In this document: in pieces, positions 38,946 to 48,811 of the stretch
Layout: each line of letters starts with the position of its first letter
Numbering within the stretch: position 1 is the stretch's first letter
Assembly: GCA_947586825.1 (NCBI GenBank)
Contig: CANPXU010000005.1
Coordinates: 1-58,475 of the forward strand
Source: an uncultured Bacilli bacterium
GTDB lineage: Bacteria; Bacillota_I; Bacilli_A; RF39; UBA660
Direction of reading: 5' to 3'
Length of the DNA stretch: 58,475 nt
The notes under the pieces: generated by a model
Database searches by the model: none
The model's input: the letters and a program-made list of their open reading frames with translations, nothing else
What the model was told of the DNA's origin: nothing
Program-made: the position numbers and the translations under genes

Positions 38946-39001
38946 TTAAGGTAGGCTATGTAGCTTACTTTTTTATGTTATAATAAAAGTGGTGATAGTA
39001 A

Positions 39002-39358
39002 ATGAATAAGAAAGATATAACTATAATATCTATATTAGTAGCCATTATTGCTATATTAGCGATAACTACGGGCGTGTTACTCATTAAATGGGAGCCAAAG
39101 CACGTTTGTGATTGCAATAAAACCGTAGATAATAAAGTAGATGAACTTGTGAAAATTCCTTACGCTAAAAAGGCACTTTCGGGAGGCACTACAATTACGG
39201 AGGATGTTGTCGGTTTTGTTGAAGTAAATAGTGAGTACTTGGCAAGCCAAGATGTTGATGTTATTCAAAACATTAATGAGTTATTAGGTAAGCATGTTAA
39301 GAAGGATACAACAATTCCTGAAGGTGGGATATTTTTTACTTCACAAGTAGTAGAGTAA
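39002..39358 (+). CDS. Membrane-anchored SAF-domain-like protein
   Basis: N-terminal TM; IPYAKKAL..GTTITED...LLGKHV...IPEG pattern. Confidence 0.55.
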   Translation: MNKKDITIISILVAIIAILAITTGVLLIKWEPKHVCDCNKTVDNKVDELVKIPYAKKALSGGTTITEDVVGFVEVNSEYLASQDVDVIQNINELLGKHVKKDTTIPEGGIFFTSQVVE

Positions 39359-39410
39359 GAAGCACTATAGCTTCTTTTTTTATTTTAGATTTTATGATAT
39401 ATTAAATTCG

Positions 39411-40682
39411 GTGATTGACATGTTTGTTGATGAAGTTAAATTAAAGGTTATCGCTGGCGATGGAGGTATGGGTTGTACCTCTTTTAGACGTGAAAAATTT
39501 GTCCCTATGGGTGGACCTGATGGGGGAAATGGTGGTCGTGGCTCAAATGTTATTTTTATGGCTGATAAATCCCTAAAAACTCTAATAGATTTACGTTATA
39601 GCAAAATAATCAAAGGCCATAAAGGTGAGAATGGTAAAGGCCAAAACAAATATGGCAAAAATAGTGAAGATATAATTATTAAGGTTCCTTTAGGAACAAC
39701 AATCTACGATGATGACACTAACTTAGTAATTAAAGATATTATAAATGAAGATGATAAAGTTGTTGTTGCTAAAGGTGGCCGTGGGGGAAGAGGAAATAAA
39801 GCCTTTGCTACCCATGATAATCCTGCTCCTAAGTTTTCCGAAAAAGGGGAAGCTGGAGAGATTAGATATTTAAGATGTGAACTTAAGATGCTTGCCGATG
39901 TTGGCATTGTTGGCCTTCCAAGTGTTGGTAAAAGTACTTTCTTATCAGTAATAAGTAGTGCTAAACCTAAAATTGCCACTTATCACTTTACAACGCTATC
40001 TCCTAATCTTGGGGTAGTAAAACTAATTGATGGTTCATCCTTTGTTGTAGCAGATCTTCCGGGTCTTATCGAAGGCGCTAGTGAAGGTGTTGGCCTTGGC
40101 TTTCAATTTTTAAAACATGCGATGCGTTGTCATGTTTTACTTCACATGGTAGATATGTCAAGTGATACCGCGATTAAAGACTATGAAGTTGTTCGTAATG
40201 AAATATGTAAATATTCTAAAAAATTAGCCAATAAAAAAGAGATAATCGCGGCATCTAAAATGGATATGCCTAACGCTAAAGAAAACTTAGCTAAATTTAG
40301 AAAAGCTTATCCAGATAAAGAAATTTATGAGATAAGTTCAATCGTTGGTGCAGGTATTGATACCTTACTTAAAGCTTTATATACTGCTCAAGCAGCCAAT
40401 AATGAAGCAATGTATAGTGATGATGAAATCGAAGACAGTGTATATATTAAATTTAAAGAAGAAAAACCATATACTATTACTAAAGAAGATGATGTTTGGG
40501 TAATAAGAGGCGAGAAAATAGAGCGTTTATTTAATATGACGAAATTTGAAGAAGAAGAGGGTGTTCTTCGTTTTGGCCGTATTTTAAAAGCTATGGGTGT
40601 TGAAGATGAACTTGCATCTTTAGGAGCCGAACCTGGTGATGATGTATCAATAAATGATTATCTATTTACTTATAAAGGTTAA
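39411..40682 (+). CDS. obgE: GTPase ObgE/CgtA
   Basis: GGPDGGNGG, VGLPSVGKST, DLPGLIEGA; start may be ATG 39420. Confidence 0.95.
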   Translation: MIDMFVDEVKLKVIAGDGGMGCTSFRREKFVPMGGPDGGNGGRGSNVIFMADKSLKTLIDLRYSKIIKGHKGENGKGQNKYGKNSEDIIIKVPLGTTIYDDDTNLVIKDIINEDDKVVVAKGGRGGRGNKAFATHDNPAPKFSEKGEAGEIRYLRCELKMLADVGIVGLPSVGKSTFLSVISSAKPKIATYHFTTLSPNLGVVKLIDGSSFVVADLPGLIEGASEGVGLGFQFLKHAMRCHVLLHMVDMSSDTAIKDYEVVRNEICKYSKKLANKKEIIAASKMDMPNAKENLAKFRKAYPDKEIYEISSIVGAGIDTLLKALYTAQAANNEAMYSDDEIEDSVYIKFKEEKPYTITKEDDVWVIRGEKIERLFNMTKFEEEEGVLRFGRILKAMGVEDELASLGAEPGDDVSINDYLFTYKG

Positions 40683-40982
40683 TTTTTGCCCAATTTTTAA
40701 ATTTTTACTAGCATTATAGGGAAGCTCTAAAATGCTAGTTTTTTTTGGCGCAAAATAAATTCTATTTTTTTTCATATTTGCTTTTATATTAGTAATAATA
40801 TTCTCTTTATCAAGGGCTACGACATCAATGTTTTCCTTCATAAAGAAAGTATGAATACTATTTATTTTAGGAAAAAGCATTCCATAGGAAATATTTTTTT
40901 TGCCCATTAAACCTAGTAGCTTTTTCTTAAAAGTATCAGCATAAATAATATCTAATTCTTTATCATTTATAACTAGTTTCAT
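40662..40982 (-). CDS. DUF192 family protein
   Basis: ADTFKKKLLGLM, IHTFFM, ILEL. Confidence 0.75.
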   Translation of the reverse strand: MKLVINDKELDIIYADTFKKKLLGLMGKKNISYGMLFPKINSIHTFFMKENIDVVALDKENIITNIKANMKKNRIYFAPKKTSILELPYNASKNLKIGQKLTFISK

Positions 40983-41125
40983 AATAACTTCCTCATTAAG
41001 TATATTATACTATAAAATAAGCACAGACATAATTAACATAAACCTATTTAATAAATATTGACTAAAACTTTAAAAAATTATATCATTTTAATAGATAATA
41101 GTAACGATAAAGGAGGATATACCCA

Positions 41126-42112
41126 ATGGATAGAAGTAATAATGATGAAAAAAACAACAATGTTATCTTACTAATTGTTATAGCAATTGCTACTATGGTC
41201 ATTGTGGTAGTTGGAGCAACTTTTGCTTATTTAGCGGATATCGTTGAAAATGAAGCAACTGCTAACATAGGTGGTAAAACAGATGGTGGCAGTGATATGT
41301 TCCTTTTAGATGCTGGTGATATATTATCGTTAAATGTTACATATGATAATTTTGGTATTAATACTGGTGATCAAACTGATAGTACTGTTGCTAGTGTATC
41401 TCTAGCTGCAGGAAAAGAAAATATTACTCATAAATATAATATGTATTTAAATGTTATAAATAATGATTTTGAATATACTTCAGGAAATTGTTATTCTGTA
41501 AGTACTGAAGCAGGTAAGAGTATTGCTCAAACGATGGATGCTTGTGTAGCAGAAGGAAACCTTTGGGCAAGAAGAACTGACGAAGAAGAATATTCTTGCT
41601 ATCAAAAAGCAGCTTCTGTAGAAATTCCTCTTGATGCTATAAATAAAAATGAACTTACATGTGATAGATATGAAAATGCTATTTGGGCTAAAGAAGCTGT
41701 ACCTGAATTAGTGTTGGATTTGTATACTCTTACTGAAGATACTACTGAAGAATCTTGTGTAGGAGAGCCTACTAAAGGTGTATGTTTAAGAACCTCAGGT
41801 AGTATAGATTATAGTAGTGAAACTGAGTGTAGTGATGGTACATGGATTCCTAATGTTTTTAAAGCAGGTAAATGTTTTAAATTTAGTAAAAGAGTCGACA
41901 TTACAGAATCTAGACCAGATAAAAATAATAGATATGAAATTATAAAAGAAAAAGAAATAACTTCATCAAGAAAAGAAGATGTAACAGAGTATTATTTAGC
42001 TACAATAAGAATGGTAAACTTAGAACATAATCAAGTTATTAATACTAGTAAATTATTTAGTGGTAATTTGGTACTATCTGTAGTTGATGAAGATGTAAAC
42101 ACAGGACAATAA
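41126..42112 (+). CDS. SipW/TasA-type signal-peptide protein with a Cys-rich insertion
   Basis: GATFAYL; C-terminal VNL..NQ....KLFSG block; 8 Cys in the central region. Confidence 0.65.
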   Translation: MDRSNNDEKNNNVILLIVIAIATMVIVVVGATFAYLADIVENEATANIGGKTDGGSDMFLLDAGDILSLNVTYDNFGINTGDQTDSTVASVSLAAGKENITHKYNMYLNVINNDFEYTSGNCYSVSTEAGKSIAQTMDACVAEGNLWARRTDEEEYSCYQKAASVEIPLDAINKNELTCDRYENAIWAKEAVPELVLDLYTLTEDTTEESCVGEPTKGVCLRTSGSIDYSSETECSDGTWIPNVFKAGKCFKFSKRVDITESRPDKNNRYEIIKEKEITSSRKEDVTEYYLATIRMVNLEHNQVINTSKLFSGNLVLSVVDEDVNTGQ

Positions 42113-42130
42113 TAATAGTAAACTGAGTCA

Positions 42131-42166
42131 AAAAGTGATGTAAAGTCACTTTTTTATGTTATACTA
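42131..42166 (+). repeat. Duplicated terminator plus extended -10 cassette (second copy 43515-43551)
   Basis: AAAAGTGA-tgtaaag-TCACTTTT hairpin followed by TGtTATACT; copies identical except for one T. Confidence 0.85.
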
Positions 42167-42189
42167 TTTAATAGAATAAAGGTAAAGAT

Positions 42190-42849
42190 ATGAATATAAA
42201 TACTAAGAGTTTAAATTATAGTTTATTACTTACAGTTATATTCTTGGTAGCTTTAGCTGCTATATTTTCTTATGGTTATATGGGCTATAAAGCAAATGTA
42301 ATTAATAATGATACCTTAAGTGGTGAAGTATTGAAACCTGAAAATATTTTAAGCATAACTGGAGATACTAACTTTGCCCTTAATATAACATTAGATGAGT
42401 TATCAATTGTTGAAGCAAATAATAATTTATCTGATTTTATAGAAGATAATGAAAATGTGACTATTAACATATCTGTTGAACCTGAAAAATATAAAAATGC
42501 TGTTACATGTGATTATGTATTTTATTATGAGCCTACTACTGAATATAAACCAAGCCCAGGAGCAGAAAGCTTGACTGAGTTAGGTTTTTCTGGTAATTGT
42601 ACGGGATGTGTAGCTCCTAAAAATACCTTTGGTCCTGTTTCAATAGCTAATAAAACTCAAGGTACTAAAGAACAATTATATGAAGGAAGTATAACAACTG
42701 ACCCTGCTACTGGAAAAGCTACACAAACTTGGCAATTCCATTATCGTTTTTATAATTTGGAAATTGACCAATCAAGTGTAATTGGCAAAAATCCTTCAGG
42801 AAAAATTATTATCGAAGGTAAAAATTGTTATGCTGCAAAAAATTCATAA
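42190..42849 (+). CDS. Exported filament-like protein, module gene A
   Basis: TM ending IFSYGY; VTCDY and FYNLEIDQS..GKNPSG...C blocks as in array 1. Confidence 0.65.
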   Translation: MNINTKSLNYSLLLTVIFLVALAAIFSYGYMGYKANVINNDTLSGEVLKPENILSITGDTNFALNITLDELSIVEANNNLSDFIEDNENVTINISVEPEKYKNAVTCDYVFYYEPTTEYKPSPGAESLTELGFSGNCTGCVAPKNTFGPVSIANKTQGTKEQLYEGSITTDPATGKATQTWQFHYRFYNLEIDQSSVIGKNPSGKIIIEGKNCYAAKNS

Positions 42850-42867
42850 AATGAAAGGAAATAAACT

Positions 42868-43497
42868 ATGGGTAAGAAAAGAATTATAATTTTATCAATA
42901 ATTTCTGCTTTGTTAATTATTTGTACGTATATTTCTATTTCATATGGATTTTACGTAATATCCTCTAATGAACAAAAAGAAATGGAAACAGCTACATCAA
43001 CTCCTTCATGTGTTGGCTTAACAATAACTGATAGCAAAGCTTTTACTTTGGAAGCTGATTACGCAGCACCTATTACAGATGATCAATTTTTAAATAGTAG
43101 CACAACTACGAAAAACAAATACAAATATACATTTACAGTTACTAATGATTGTACAGATAAAAGAACTTTAAATATTGGCGTTGCGCCATTAGATGATTCT
43201 TTACTAATATCAAAAATAAAATATATTCTTGTAGATGGAAATAGTACCACCTTTGATAAAGCATCAGTTAAGAATATTAACATTTCCGGAAATAAAACCT
43301 TAACGGACGAAATGAAAAAAAACATTCAAAAGACCGTAGGAGTATCTGCACAATCTTTGTATAATATTGGTACTGTTACATTAGATAACAAAGGAACAAA
43401 AACTTTTGATTTATATATGTGGGTTAGTTCAGATGCAGGAAATGATGTTATGGATAAATCATTTAAAGCTGCTATCGTACTTGATAATATTTCTTAA
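42868..43497 (+). CDS. Exported filament-like protein, module gene B
   Basis: TM ending ISYGFY; PSCVGL, NDCT, FDLYMWV...GNDVMDKSF. Confidence 0.6.
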   Translation: MGKKRIIILSIISALLIICTYISISYGFYVISSNEQKEMETATSTPSCVGLTITDSKAFTLEADYAAPITDDQFLNSSTTTKNKYKYTFTVTNDCTDKRTLNIGVAPLDDSLLISKIKYILVDGNSTTFDKASVKNINISGNKTLTDEMKKNIQKTVGVSAQSLYNIGTVTLDNKGTKTFDLYMWVSSDAGNDVMDKSFKAAIVLDNIS

Positions 43498-43580
43498 TAT
43501 ATTATTGCTAAGAGAAAAGTGATGTAAAGTCACTTTTTTTATGTTATACTAATGTTAGTATGTAAGGTAAGGTTTTAATT

Positions 43581-44234
43581 ATGAATACAAAAAGTTTGAA
43601 TTATAGTTTGATGTTTTCAGCTCTTTTTCTCTTAGGTCTTGCGGGTATATTTTCCTATGGCTATATGGGATATAAAGCTAATGTTATAAATAATGATACA
43701 TTAAATGCTGAAATATTAAATCCAGAAAATATATTAAATATAACAGGAGATACAAACTTTTCTTTAATTATCGATGCTGATCATTTATCAATAGTTAATG
43801 CCACTAATGATGAAACAAATTATATTGATAATACCAAAAATGTAACAATTAATCTAACGGTTGATAAAGAAAAATATAAATCTGCAATTACATGTGATTA
43901 TGAAATTTATTATGAACCTACTGTTGAGTACACAAATTCAGCAGAAGTAGGAAATCTTATAGAACTTGGCTTTGCTGGTGAATGTACTCAGTGTGCCACA
44001 AATCAAAATAAATTTGGACCAATATCAATCAGTGGTGTTAAACAAGGTGCTCAAGCATCTCTTTATAAAGGAAGCATTACAACTGATGCTAGTACGGGAG
44101 CTGCTACTCAAACATGGGCCTTACATTATCGCTTTTATAATTTAGATATAGATCAATCAAGTGTTATAAATAAACAACCATCTGGTAAAGTAGTAATAAA
44201 AGGTAATGAGTGTAGAGCTGCTCATACCGGCTAA
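43581..44234 (+). CDS. Exported filament-like protein, module gene A' (paralog of 42190-42849)
   Basis: Aligns end to end with gene A. Confidence 0.65.
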   Translation: MNTKSLNYSLMFSALFLLGLAGIFSYGYMGYKANVINNDTLNAEILNPENILNITGDTNFSLIIDADHLSIVNATNDETNYIDNTKNVTINLTVDKEKYKSAITCDYEIYYEPTVEYTNSAEVGNLIELGFAGECTQCATNQNKFGPISISGVKQGAQASLYKGSITTDASTGAATQTWALHYRFYNLDIDQSSVINKQPSGKVVIKGNECRAAHTG

Positions 44235-44256
44235 AACTTAGATAGGAAGGTGACTT

Positions 44257-44880
44257 ATGAACGCAAAAAGAGTAACAATTCTTGTATTACTTTCAATTGC
44301 AATTGCAATGAGTACTTATATTGCAACATCCTATGGTTTTTATGTTATAAACTCTAATGAAAAAGTTGAAATGAATACAACGACTAGCACACCTAGTTGT
44401 GTTGGCTTAACTATTGCAAGTTCGAGCACTTTTACATTAGGTAGTGATTACGCTGTACCAATTAGCGACAATCAATTTTTAAATAGTAGTATTACGACGC
44501 AAAATAATTTTAAATATACTTTTACTGTAAAAAATGATTGCACAGAAGAAAAAAAGTTATCTATTGGCTTTGTATCTTTTGATAATAATGCAGCACTTTT
44601 AAATAACTTAAGATACATATTAGTGGAAAGTGGTGCTAAGTTAGAAAAATCTAATATAAAAAGTGTAGTTTCAGGATCTCCTTCCGTAATTTCTAAAGAT
44701 ATGCAAGAGCATTTAAAAGATAAATATAATCTTGTATCACCATTAACTTATAAAATAGGAGATGCTATAATTAGCAATGCTGGTTCTAAGACTTATGATT
44801 TATATGTTTGGCTTAGTACCAGTGCAGATAATAGTGCTATGAATCAATCATTAAAGGCAACAGTAATTTTATATAATTAA
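44257..44880 (+). CDS. Exported filament-like protein, module gene B' (paralog of 42868-43497)
   Basis: Aligns end to end with gene B. Confidence 0.6.
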   Translation: MNAKRVTILVLLSIAIAMSTYIATSYGFYVINSNEKVEMNTTTSTPSCVGLTIASSSTFTLGSDYAVPISDNQFLNSSITTQNNFKYTFTVKNDCTEEKKLSIGFVSFDNNAALLNNLRYILVESGAKLEKSNIKSVVSGSPSVISKDMQEHLKDKYNLVSPLTYKIGDAIISNAGSKTYDLYVWLSTSADNSAMNQSLKATVILYN

Positions 44881-44935
44881 ATTTTACTTTAAAAAATAGA
44901 TAAGTATGTTAAAATAATTGATGTTGGAGGTTGTT

Positions 44936-45367
44936 ATGTTTAAGGAATTTAAAAAGTTTATATCTCGTGGTAATGTTCTTGATATGGCTGTCGGTGTTAT
45001 TATAGGTGGTGCATTTGGTGATATTGTTACATCACTTGTTAATGATATTATTACTCCTATAATAGGTATAATATTAGGTAAATCTGATATTGATTTTTCC
45101 GATTTAGCTTTTAAGGGTATCCATTATGGAGCATTTATTCAAGCCATTCTTAACTTCTTGATTATTGCTTTCTGTATATTCTTAATGATAAAAATGTTTA
45201 ATAAGTTATCTGACTTCCTAAAGAAAGAACAAGAAAAATTATTTAAGAAAGAGCAAAAAGAAGAAGAGGCAAAACAAGAAGAAAAAGTTAGTGAAGAAAT
45301 ACTACTTTTAAGAGAAATAAGCGCTGAATTAAAAAAAGCAAATAAGAAAGTTAAAGAGAGTAAATAA
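44936..45367 (+). CDS. mscL: Large-conductance mechanosensitive channel
   Basis: [27 protein letters not shown]; SD GGAGG before ATG 44936. Confidence 0.95.
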   Translation: MFKEFKKFISRGNVLDMAVGVIIGGAFGDIVTSLVNDIITPIIGIILGKSDIDFSDLAFKGIHYGAFIQAILNFLIIAFCIFLMIKMFNKLSDFLKKEQEKLFKKEQKEEEAKQEEKVSEEILLLREISAELKKANKKVKESK

Positions 45368-45438
45368 GTCCCATTTATATGGGATTTTTATTTTACAAAA
45401 ATATACGGGCATGATAGAATTATTATGAGGTTGGTATT

Positions 45439-46656
45439 ATGACTGGAGTGTGTTCAAGACCAGAAGTAATGGAAGCAATGTATATTTTTAATCAGGTGTT
45501 AACTGCTTTAAAAATATTAGTTCCTATTATTTTAATAATAACAAGCATGTATTCTTTTTTTAAAGCAACTTTATCCAGTAATGATAATACTAAAGAAGTT
45601 GTAAATTTATTAATAACTAAAATAATTGTTGCAGCTTTTATCTTTTTTATTCCAACGATAGTTAATAGCGTTATGCTTTTAGCAGATAAGGATTCTGATT
45701 ATAATAAATGTTTTTCGAGTGCTACTAAAGCTAATATTGCTAAAGCATATCAATTGTATGCTAAGGATGCCCTAGAAAGAGCCGAAGATACAAAAAAGAA
45801 AAATGATTATGAAGATGCAAAATTTTATGTATCTAAATTAGAGGATGGTTCAGTAAAAAGTAATTATGAGAAACGTTTAGAGAGCGTTGATAAGGCAATT
45901 AAAGATGCCATTAAAAATACAGAGCAAAGTGAAGCTGCCAAACTTAATGTGTATGGCTATTCATCTGGAGGGTCAGCAACAGCAACTCCAGGTCAAGTAT
46001 TATCAAGTGAACCAGATCCTGCTGCAGCACTTAATTATTGGCAAGGAAGGGGTCTAGTCAATACTTCTAACTTTATCTTTCCTAAAGATCAAGCAACAGG
46101 TCTTCCTTTAGGAGCTTGGCCTAAAAATTATGCTAGTATTCCTACGAGACTAACTAATTATGTTACTTATGGGGGAGGAGCTTTTATATTCCCAGTTACT
46201 CCGGCAAATGGTAAATACTCTGGATCTTATAATCATACTTCGATTGATATAATGTCAGTATTTGGAACCCCCATTTATAGTCCTGTTGATGGAACTTTAA
46301 TGTACTCTGAATGGGGACACACAGTAAACAAGGGTAGTGATGAAACCGCATATACTGTATCAATTAGATTAAGCAATCCTACTGTTGTCGGAGGCAAAAA
46401 TATCAATATAATGTTTTTAACTCATATGTGTGGTATTGTTTATCGTTGCTCATCTGGGCACTGTAACAGACATATATCTAAAGGTGATTTGCTTGGCTTT
46501 GTTGGTAATGCTTCAGGTAGTGCTGCTAGTGTTGGTTGGGCACCTCATTTACACATGACATTCTATGATACTAGTTACTCTAATGCATTATATACTCCAG
46601 CAGTTGAAGCATTATATGGAATTTCGGCTGGCACTTCTAAGGTAGCAGGTGGATAA
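45439..46656 (+). CDS. M23-family peptidase with an N-terminal two-TM (VirB2/TrbC pilin-like) segment
   Basis: HTSID (HxxxD), TPIYSPVDG, PHLH (HxH). Confidence 0.75.
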   Translation: MTGVCSRPEVMEAMYIFNQVLTALKILVPIILIITSMYSFFKATLSSNDNTKEVVNLLITKIIVAAFIFFIPTIVNSVMLLADKDSDYNKCFSSATKANIAKAYQLYAKDALERAEDTKKKNDYEDAKFYVSKLEDGSVKSNYEKRLESVDKAIKDAIKNTEQSEAAKLNVYGYSSGGSATATPGQVLSSEPDPAAALNYWQGRGLVNTSNFIFPKDQATGLPLGAWPKNYASIPTRLTNYVTYGGGAFIFPVTPANGKYSGSYNHTSIDIMSVFGTPIYSPVDGTLMYSEWGHTVNKGSDETAYTVSIRLSNPTVVGGKNINIMFLTHMCGIVYRCSSGHCNRHISKGDLLGFVGNASGSAASVGWAPHLHMTFYDTSYSNALYTPAVEALYGISAGTSKVAGG

Positions 46657-47258
46657 TGAATAAGAAAATTATTATTTTAATAGTAATATTAGTTATAGGT
46701 ATTATCAGTATAATTTTCTTTAATCAAAATAAAGAGGATTATTACTTAACCTATGCTAATAAAATTATTGCATTATATGATGGTAATTATGATACTGATG
46801 GTATAAAAGCAAAAGATTTAGATGCCTTTAATAATTTTTATAATAAATTAAAACATAAAGATGAAAGAATAGATATAACTGAATATTTTAATTTTACTGA
46901 CGAGTATAAAATAAATGATAATTCAGCTTTTAAGGCTACTTATTATAATAAAAAATGTTTTATTAATTATGATGATTTAACTTTATGGGATAATTATGAT
47001 AATGCATCTGAAGGTGGCGAAATCTTTCAAAAGGTTAGTTGTAATGGCTATCAAACCATTTTATATGAGACTATGTTTATGCCTCCGTATGATGTTATAG
47101 TAAATGATCCTAAATATAATTATGTTATTGATTCATACTCAGATAGCTTATCGGGATATACTTTTAAGTATAAATCTTCTTATGATAATACACCTCTTAC
47201 GATAAGACTTATCATGGAAGATAAGAAAGTTAATGAGATAGAAGTTACTTACGACTAA
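46656..47258 (+). CDS. Hypothetical exported protein
   Basis: N-terminal TM; translationally coupled to the M23 gene. Confidence 0.6.
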   Translation: MNKKIIILIVILVIGIISIIFFNQNKEDYYLTYANKIIALYDGNYDTDGIKAKDLDAFNNFYNKLKHKDERIDITEYFNFTDEYKINDNSAFKATYYNKKCFINYDDLTLWDNYDNASEGGEIFQKVSCNGYQTILYETMFMPPYDVIVNDPKYNYVIDSYSDSLSGYTFKYKSSYDNTPLTIRLIMEDKKVNEIEVTYD

Positions 47259-47532
47259 GCTCGTCAAGTTCAGCTTCTATTTTTTTAATGGCTTTTAATA
47301 TATAATCGATATCTTGTGAGTTATTGCCATTATTATTAGCATTATTATTGCGACTTGTAATAAGTTGCTTTTGTGCTGCATATGTCAAAAAATATTGGCC
47401 TAAAAGTTCAAACCAGTTGCCTATTGAGTTTAGTTCTTGGGCATTAAACTCATCAGAGACTATAGCACCAATTACTGCTGCTGTAAAAGCAAAAACATTA
47501 GGATCAGTATTCGGAGGAAATTTATTTGTCAT
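47245..47532 (-). CDS. Hypothetical small protein (start ATG 47532 or GTG 47550)
   Basis: Amphipathic ELNSIGNWFELLGQYFLT segment; tail overlaps the neighbouring gene. Confidence 0.6.
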   Translation of the reverse strand: MTNKFPPNTDPNVFAFTAAVIGAIVSDEFNAQELNSIGNWFELLGQYFLTYAAQKQLITSRNNNANNNGNNSQDIDYILKAIKKIEAELDELSRK

Positions 47533-47656
47533 TATATTAATTTTATGCACTAATAGTCATTTTCTATATAAAAGTAAATGCTCTCTTAAGGTGTATAGCA
47601 TCTTACGCAAGTTGCAATTTTAAGCTTATTAATATATAATTTACTTGGCGGTGCAT

Positions 47657-48238
47657 ATGGATATATTATCAGTAGATGAACCAATTATTTCCGTAAGAGT
47701 AAGCCAATATCCCGAGGATAACCGGCCTGAGTTTTTACTTGTGGGAAGGTCTAATGTCGGGAAAAGTAGTTTTATTAATTCTTTAATTGAACGCAAGAAT
47801 TTTGCTAGAGCATCATCAAAACCTGGTAAAACCCAAACTCTTAATTTTTATTTAGTTAATAAGAGTTTTTATTTAGTAGATGTTCCTGGTTATGGTTATG
47901 CTGCCGTTAATAAAGAAAAACAAAAGAAATTTGGCTTAATGATTGAGGAATATCTAAAAACTAGACAAAACTTAAAAAAAGTATTTATGTTAATTGACTA
48001 TCGTCATAAACCTACGGAAGATGATGTTTTAATGTATGACTTTTTGAAATACTATAATCTTGATATTACAATAATTGCCACGAAATATGACAAAGTAACT
48101 AAGAATAATCGTATTAAACAAGATAAGCTTATTAATGATACTTTAGGCTTAGATGAAGATAATAGTTTTATTCCTTTTTCAATAATGACAAAAAAGGGTA
48201 GAGAAGAAGTTTTAGAAATAATTAATTCTTATTTATAG
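47657..48238 (+). CDS. engB: Ribosome biogenesis GTPase YihA/YsxC
   Basis: GRSNVGKSS, PGKTQTLNF, DVPGYG, TKYD. Confidence 0.95.
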   Translation: MDILSVDEPIISVRVSQYPEDNRPEFLLVGRSNVGKSSFINSLIERKNFARASSKPGKTQTLNFYLVNKSFYLVDVPGYGYAAVNKEKQKKFGLMIEEYLKTRQNLKKVFMLIDYRHKPTEDDVLMYDFLKYYNLDITIIATKYDKVTKNNRIKQDKLINDTLGLDEDNSFIPFSIMTKKGREEVLEIINSYL

Positions 48239-48246
48239 GAGGATAT

Positions 48247-48801
48247 ATGAATAAAAAGGGTTTTACATTAATTGAATTATTAGCCGTAATTGTTATATTA
48301 GCCGTAGTTCTTTTGATCGGGGGCTCAAGCATGACTGCCGTTAGAAATGCTCTCAATAGAAAAATGTTTGATACTAAATTAAGTTTGGTTATATCCTCTG
48401 CTAAAAAGTATGGTGAAAGTAATAAAGATTTATTTATTGACACTAATGGTCTTGCCTCTAAAGCAGTTTATAAAACTCTTGCAGAATTAATTCAGTCAGG
48501 AGATTTAGAAACTGAAGAAGCAACGACTGGATTATCGCCTTGCCTTAATCCTGTTAATGATAGTAATGGCAATAAATTATGTGCGGCAGTTATTAATCCA
48601 GTTGATGATAATGTAATTAATTCTTTGCGTTTAAAAATATATATGGAAAATAATCGGGTATATGCTTGTATTCCGCTTACTAATGAAAATAAAACGATAT
48701 TAAATGAAACTAGCTGTGTTAAATCTAGTTGTAGTGGAGATTCATGCGTATATCAAAATTGTGAATATAGTGAATTAAATTACTATTGTGTAATAGACTA
48801 A
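48247..48801 (+). CDS. Type IV pilin-like protein (prepilin cleavage/methylation signal)
   Basis: KKG|FTLIELLAVIVIL class III signal. Confidence 0.85.
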   Translation: MNKKGFTLIELLAVIVILAVVLLIGGSSMTAVRNALNRKMFDTKLSLVISSAKKYGESNKDLFIDTNGLASKAVYKTLAELIQSGDLETEEATTGLSPCLNPVNDSNGNKLCAAVINPVDDNVINSLRLKIYMENNRVYACIPLTNENKTILNETSCVKSSCSGDSCVYQNCEYSELNYYCVID

Positions 48802-48811
48802 GGGGGATTTT

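Noticed and set aside
42190-44234. Diversity-generating retroelement template/variable pair among the paralogs
   Set aside because: Differences involve all bases and many are synonymous, not adenine-specific; no reverse transcriptase in the window
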